From a virus (lineage: Duplodnaviria > Caudoviricetes): DNA of 64,000 nucleotides. Where the stretch lies: the IMG/VR virus record IMGVR_UViG_3300037424_000723, positions 1 to 64,000 of that record; one strand, given 5' to 3'. Below, piece after piece: positions 62,200-64,000 of this stretch. The position numbers and the translations under genes were made by a program. Below the pieces are notes generated by a model. That model did no database searches. It saw only the letters and a list, made by a program, of their open reading frames with translations, and was not told the DNA's origin. Every line of letters begins with the position of its first letter. Positions within the stretch are counted from its first letter, which is position 1.

Positions 62200-62495
62200 T
62201 GCCCAGCGTCATATCACTACAGGCTAGAATCTTACGGGTAAATCACATTTACTTATCTCATTACGTGTCTGGTTTTGATGACAATTTTGATATTCGGTTA
62301 AGTCAAAAACTAGCTGAGTTTGATTACCTGGATTTGTCTACCATTAAAAAGGTAGTCAAAAATATTAAGACAAACTTCTTTAGAGTCCATAAAGTAAATC
62401 GGGAACAATACGCACAACGATTATTTGATGACTTAAGAGCTTGCGAGTTGCCAGGTGAGCAACCCAAAAAAGAGAAGGGTAAAGTAAAAAGATGA
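62199..62495 (+). CDS. Hypothetical protein
   Basis: Coupled ORF. Confidence 0.55.
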   Translation: MPSVISLQARILRVNHIYLSHYVSGFDDNFDIRLSQKLAEFDYLDLSTIKKVVKNIKTNFFRVHKVNREQYAQRLFDDLRACELPGEQPKKEKGKVKR

Positions 62496-62728
62496 CTAAA
62501 AAAGAAATTCAGCAACTAATGGCAATTGTTAGGCCGGCAATTATCGCGGTACATGGCCGTCAACCATTGACCTTAATCGGCTATGAGATTGGCTTGATTT
62601 ATCAAAATACTACCAAGTGTTACCAATTAGCAGTAGATGGCAAAGATGGCAATAAGTTCTTTGTCGAGTTGGTAAACGACAAAAACAAAGTACCGCAGGT
62701 AACGCGGTTAGGGAAGGTGGGAGAATGA
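62492..62728 (+). CDS. Hypothetical protein
   Basis: Coupled ORF. Confidence 0.55.
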   Translation: MTKKEIQQLMAIVRPAIIAVHGRQPLTLIGYEIGLIYQNTTKCYQLAVDGKDGNKFFVELVNDKNKVPQVTRLGKVGE

Positions 62729-63570
62729 GCAATATTCAACTCGAAAAACAGTATCCATTTTCTAGGCCTGGTTTAACTCTGCAAATTTTCATACTTGGTC
62801 TAATCGTTGTCAGCGGCTTAATCGCTCTGTTCTTTGCCGCTTTCCACGCCTTTAGATTGGTTGCGGAACCCACTCAGGCTTTTTTCGCCGCGCTGGTAAT
62901 CGAAGCCGGCCTGATTGCCGAATGTCTGGCTATCATCAATAAGCCCCGCTCGGTTGCGCCCTGGTTGGGTTTGGTCATTAGCTACGTGGTATCAGGCACT
63001 TACAACTATACTCAGGCAGCAAAAGCTGGAGAAGGGTTGGGCGGTTGGGAGTTGGGCGCGTTGGCCTTTGGCCCGCTATCTGCGCTGGCTGTTGTCTCGC
63101 TTGCTTTTGGTAATGAGTTAAGAAGCTACCAGGAGCGGGTGGAAGATTGGAGCAAGACGCGGGCCGGTTGGGTGGAAGGTGAGTGGAGAAGATTAGAGAC
63201 TTTGGCAACCGAAAGGGAACAAAAGCGGCTAGAAGTTGAAGCGCAACAGAAGCAAGCTCAACTCGAATTACAGGCAAAACAAAAACAAGCCCAGCTCGAA
63301 GCGGAGCAAAAACACGCCGAAAAAATGGCGAGAATTGAAGCGAAAAAAGATAAAAAAGTAACGCGAAATAAACCAACTAAAAAGCGAATCTCAAAGATAG
63401 AGAAGCGTGAAATATCAATCAGTATAATCCGCGAAAATCCGTTAATTTCGGGTGCTGAATTAGGACGGCAATTAGGTTCAAGCGAACGCACTGGACAAAC
63501 AATTTTGAATGAACTTACCGAGGCCGGCGCAATCCATCGCAATGGATCGGGCTGGCAGGTGCTGCGATGA
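62725..63570 (+). CDS. Four-TM, coiled-coil and HTH protein (DUF2637/SpdA-like architecture)
   Basis: Four hydrophobic helices, Q/E/K coiled coil, C-terminal ISGAELGRQLGSSERTGQ. Confidence 0.75.
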   Translation: MSNIQLEKQYPFSRPGLTLQIFILGLIVVSGLIALFFAAFHAFRLVAEPTQAFFAALVIEAGLIAECLAIINKPRSVAPWLGLVISYVVSGTYNYTQAAKAGEGLGGWELGALAFGPLSALAVVSLAFGNELRSYQERVEDWSKTRAGWVEGEWRRLETLATEREQKRLEVEAQQKQAQLELQAKQKQAQLEAEQKHAEKMARIEAKKDKKVTRNKPTKKRISKIEKREISISIIRENPLISGAELGRQLGSSERTGQTILNELTEAGAIHRNGSGWQVLR

Positions 63571-63863
63571 GCAACATCTATGACGAATTATCCAAAGGTG
63601 AGGTATTCGGCTTCATTGACCCCCTCATAGCTGAAATTCAGCACTACATCAAAGGTCCCTCAACCGTGTTGAGCGTACCGGCCAGCGTGTGGAGCCGGGG
63701 CGATGTCCGCAAGTTCCTAAAGTCCAAAGGGTTAGACGCGTGGGGATTCGTGCTTATCGGGGATGACATCACATTCAGCGTTAAAAAGCAACAGGCTAAG
63801 TTGATCGAGATGTTGCTCAAAGATAATCAGCCGCCAGTTAAAAAGGGCTGGTGGGCATGGTGA
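63567..63863 (+). CDS. Hypothetical protein
   Basis: Coupled ORF. Confidence 0.6.
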   Translation: MSNIYDELSKGEVFGFIDPLIAEIQHYIKGPSTVLSVPASVWSRGDVRKFLKSKGLDAWGFVLIGDDITFSVKKQQAKLIEMLLKDNQPPVKKGWWAW

Positions 63864-64000
63864 CAATGCAAAATACAACTAACTGGCAATTTAGCGATAT
63901 GCCAACCGCACAAATTATCTATATCCGCCTTGATGCCATTAACGAGGTAACTGAGGCGATTATATTGATGTTAGGCGCAACTATCCGATTATTTGATAGC

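Noticed and set aside
1-64000. Integrase/att site, DGR, retron, TIGR-type arrays, tail sheath, endolysin
   Set aside because: No recombinase, reverse transcriptase, Nop-domain, sheath or clear lysin ORF, and no periodic array was seen in this window

Overview
A 64 kb segment of a tailed dsDNA (siphovirus-like) phage or prophage. No integrase, att site or host housekeeping gene is visible, and a Chloroflexota-like host is only inferred. 1-32.4 kb (minus) is the late region: TerS, TerL, portal, head morphogenesis, protease/scaffold and major capsid, then a ~14 kb glycan-building cluster (GT2x2, GT4, GT10-like, GT-A, two DegT aminotransferases, three SAM methyltransferases, a sulfotransferase, a TadE-like pilin), then head-tail genes, tail tube, frameshifted tail chaperones and a truncated tape measure. 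32.5-36.3 kb (plus) is an array of small early ORFs. 36.4-48.7 kb (minus) holds a receiver/kinase operon, a Mom-like acetyltransferase, two N6/N4 DNA methyltransferases, a SNF2-like helicase and a Sak recombinase. 48.9-64 kb (plus) holds a Cro-like HTH, primase, initiator, DnaB-like helicase, a Dcm-like methylase and small ORFs. About 12 free-standing nucleases are present (9 HNH, 1 GIY-YIG, 2 PD-(D/E)XK). Top signals: (1) an antisense, ncRNA-rich unit at 57.9-59.8 kb containing a solitary type I-C CRISPR repeat, a 13-nt pseudo-spacer and a hairpin (candidate RNA anti-CRISPR), an HNH gene and a tRNA-like RNA; (2) four nuclease genes preceded by sequence-unrelated leaders that share one A..B[A']B'-U attenuator topology; (3) an antisense HNH that split a methyltransferase gene and carries a recoded replacement 5' end; (4) the glycosylation/sulfation cluster. 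All calls come from reading the sequence by eye; no database searches or folding programs were run.
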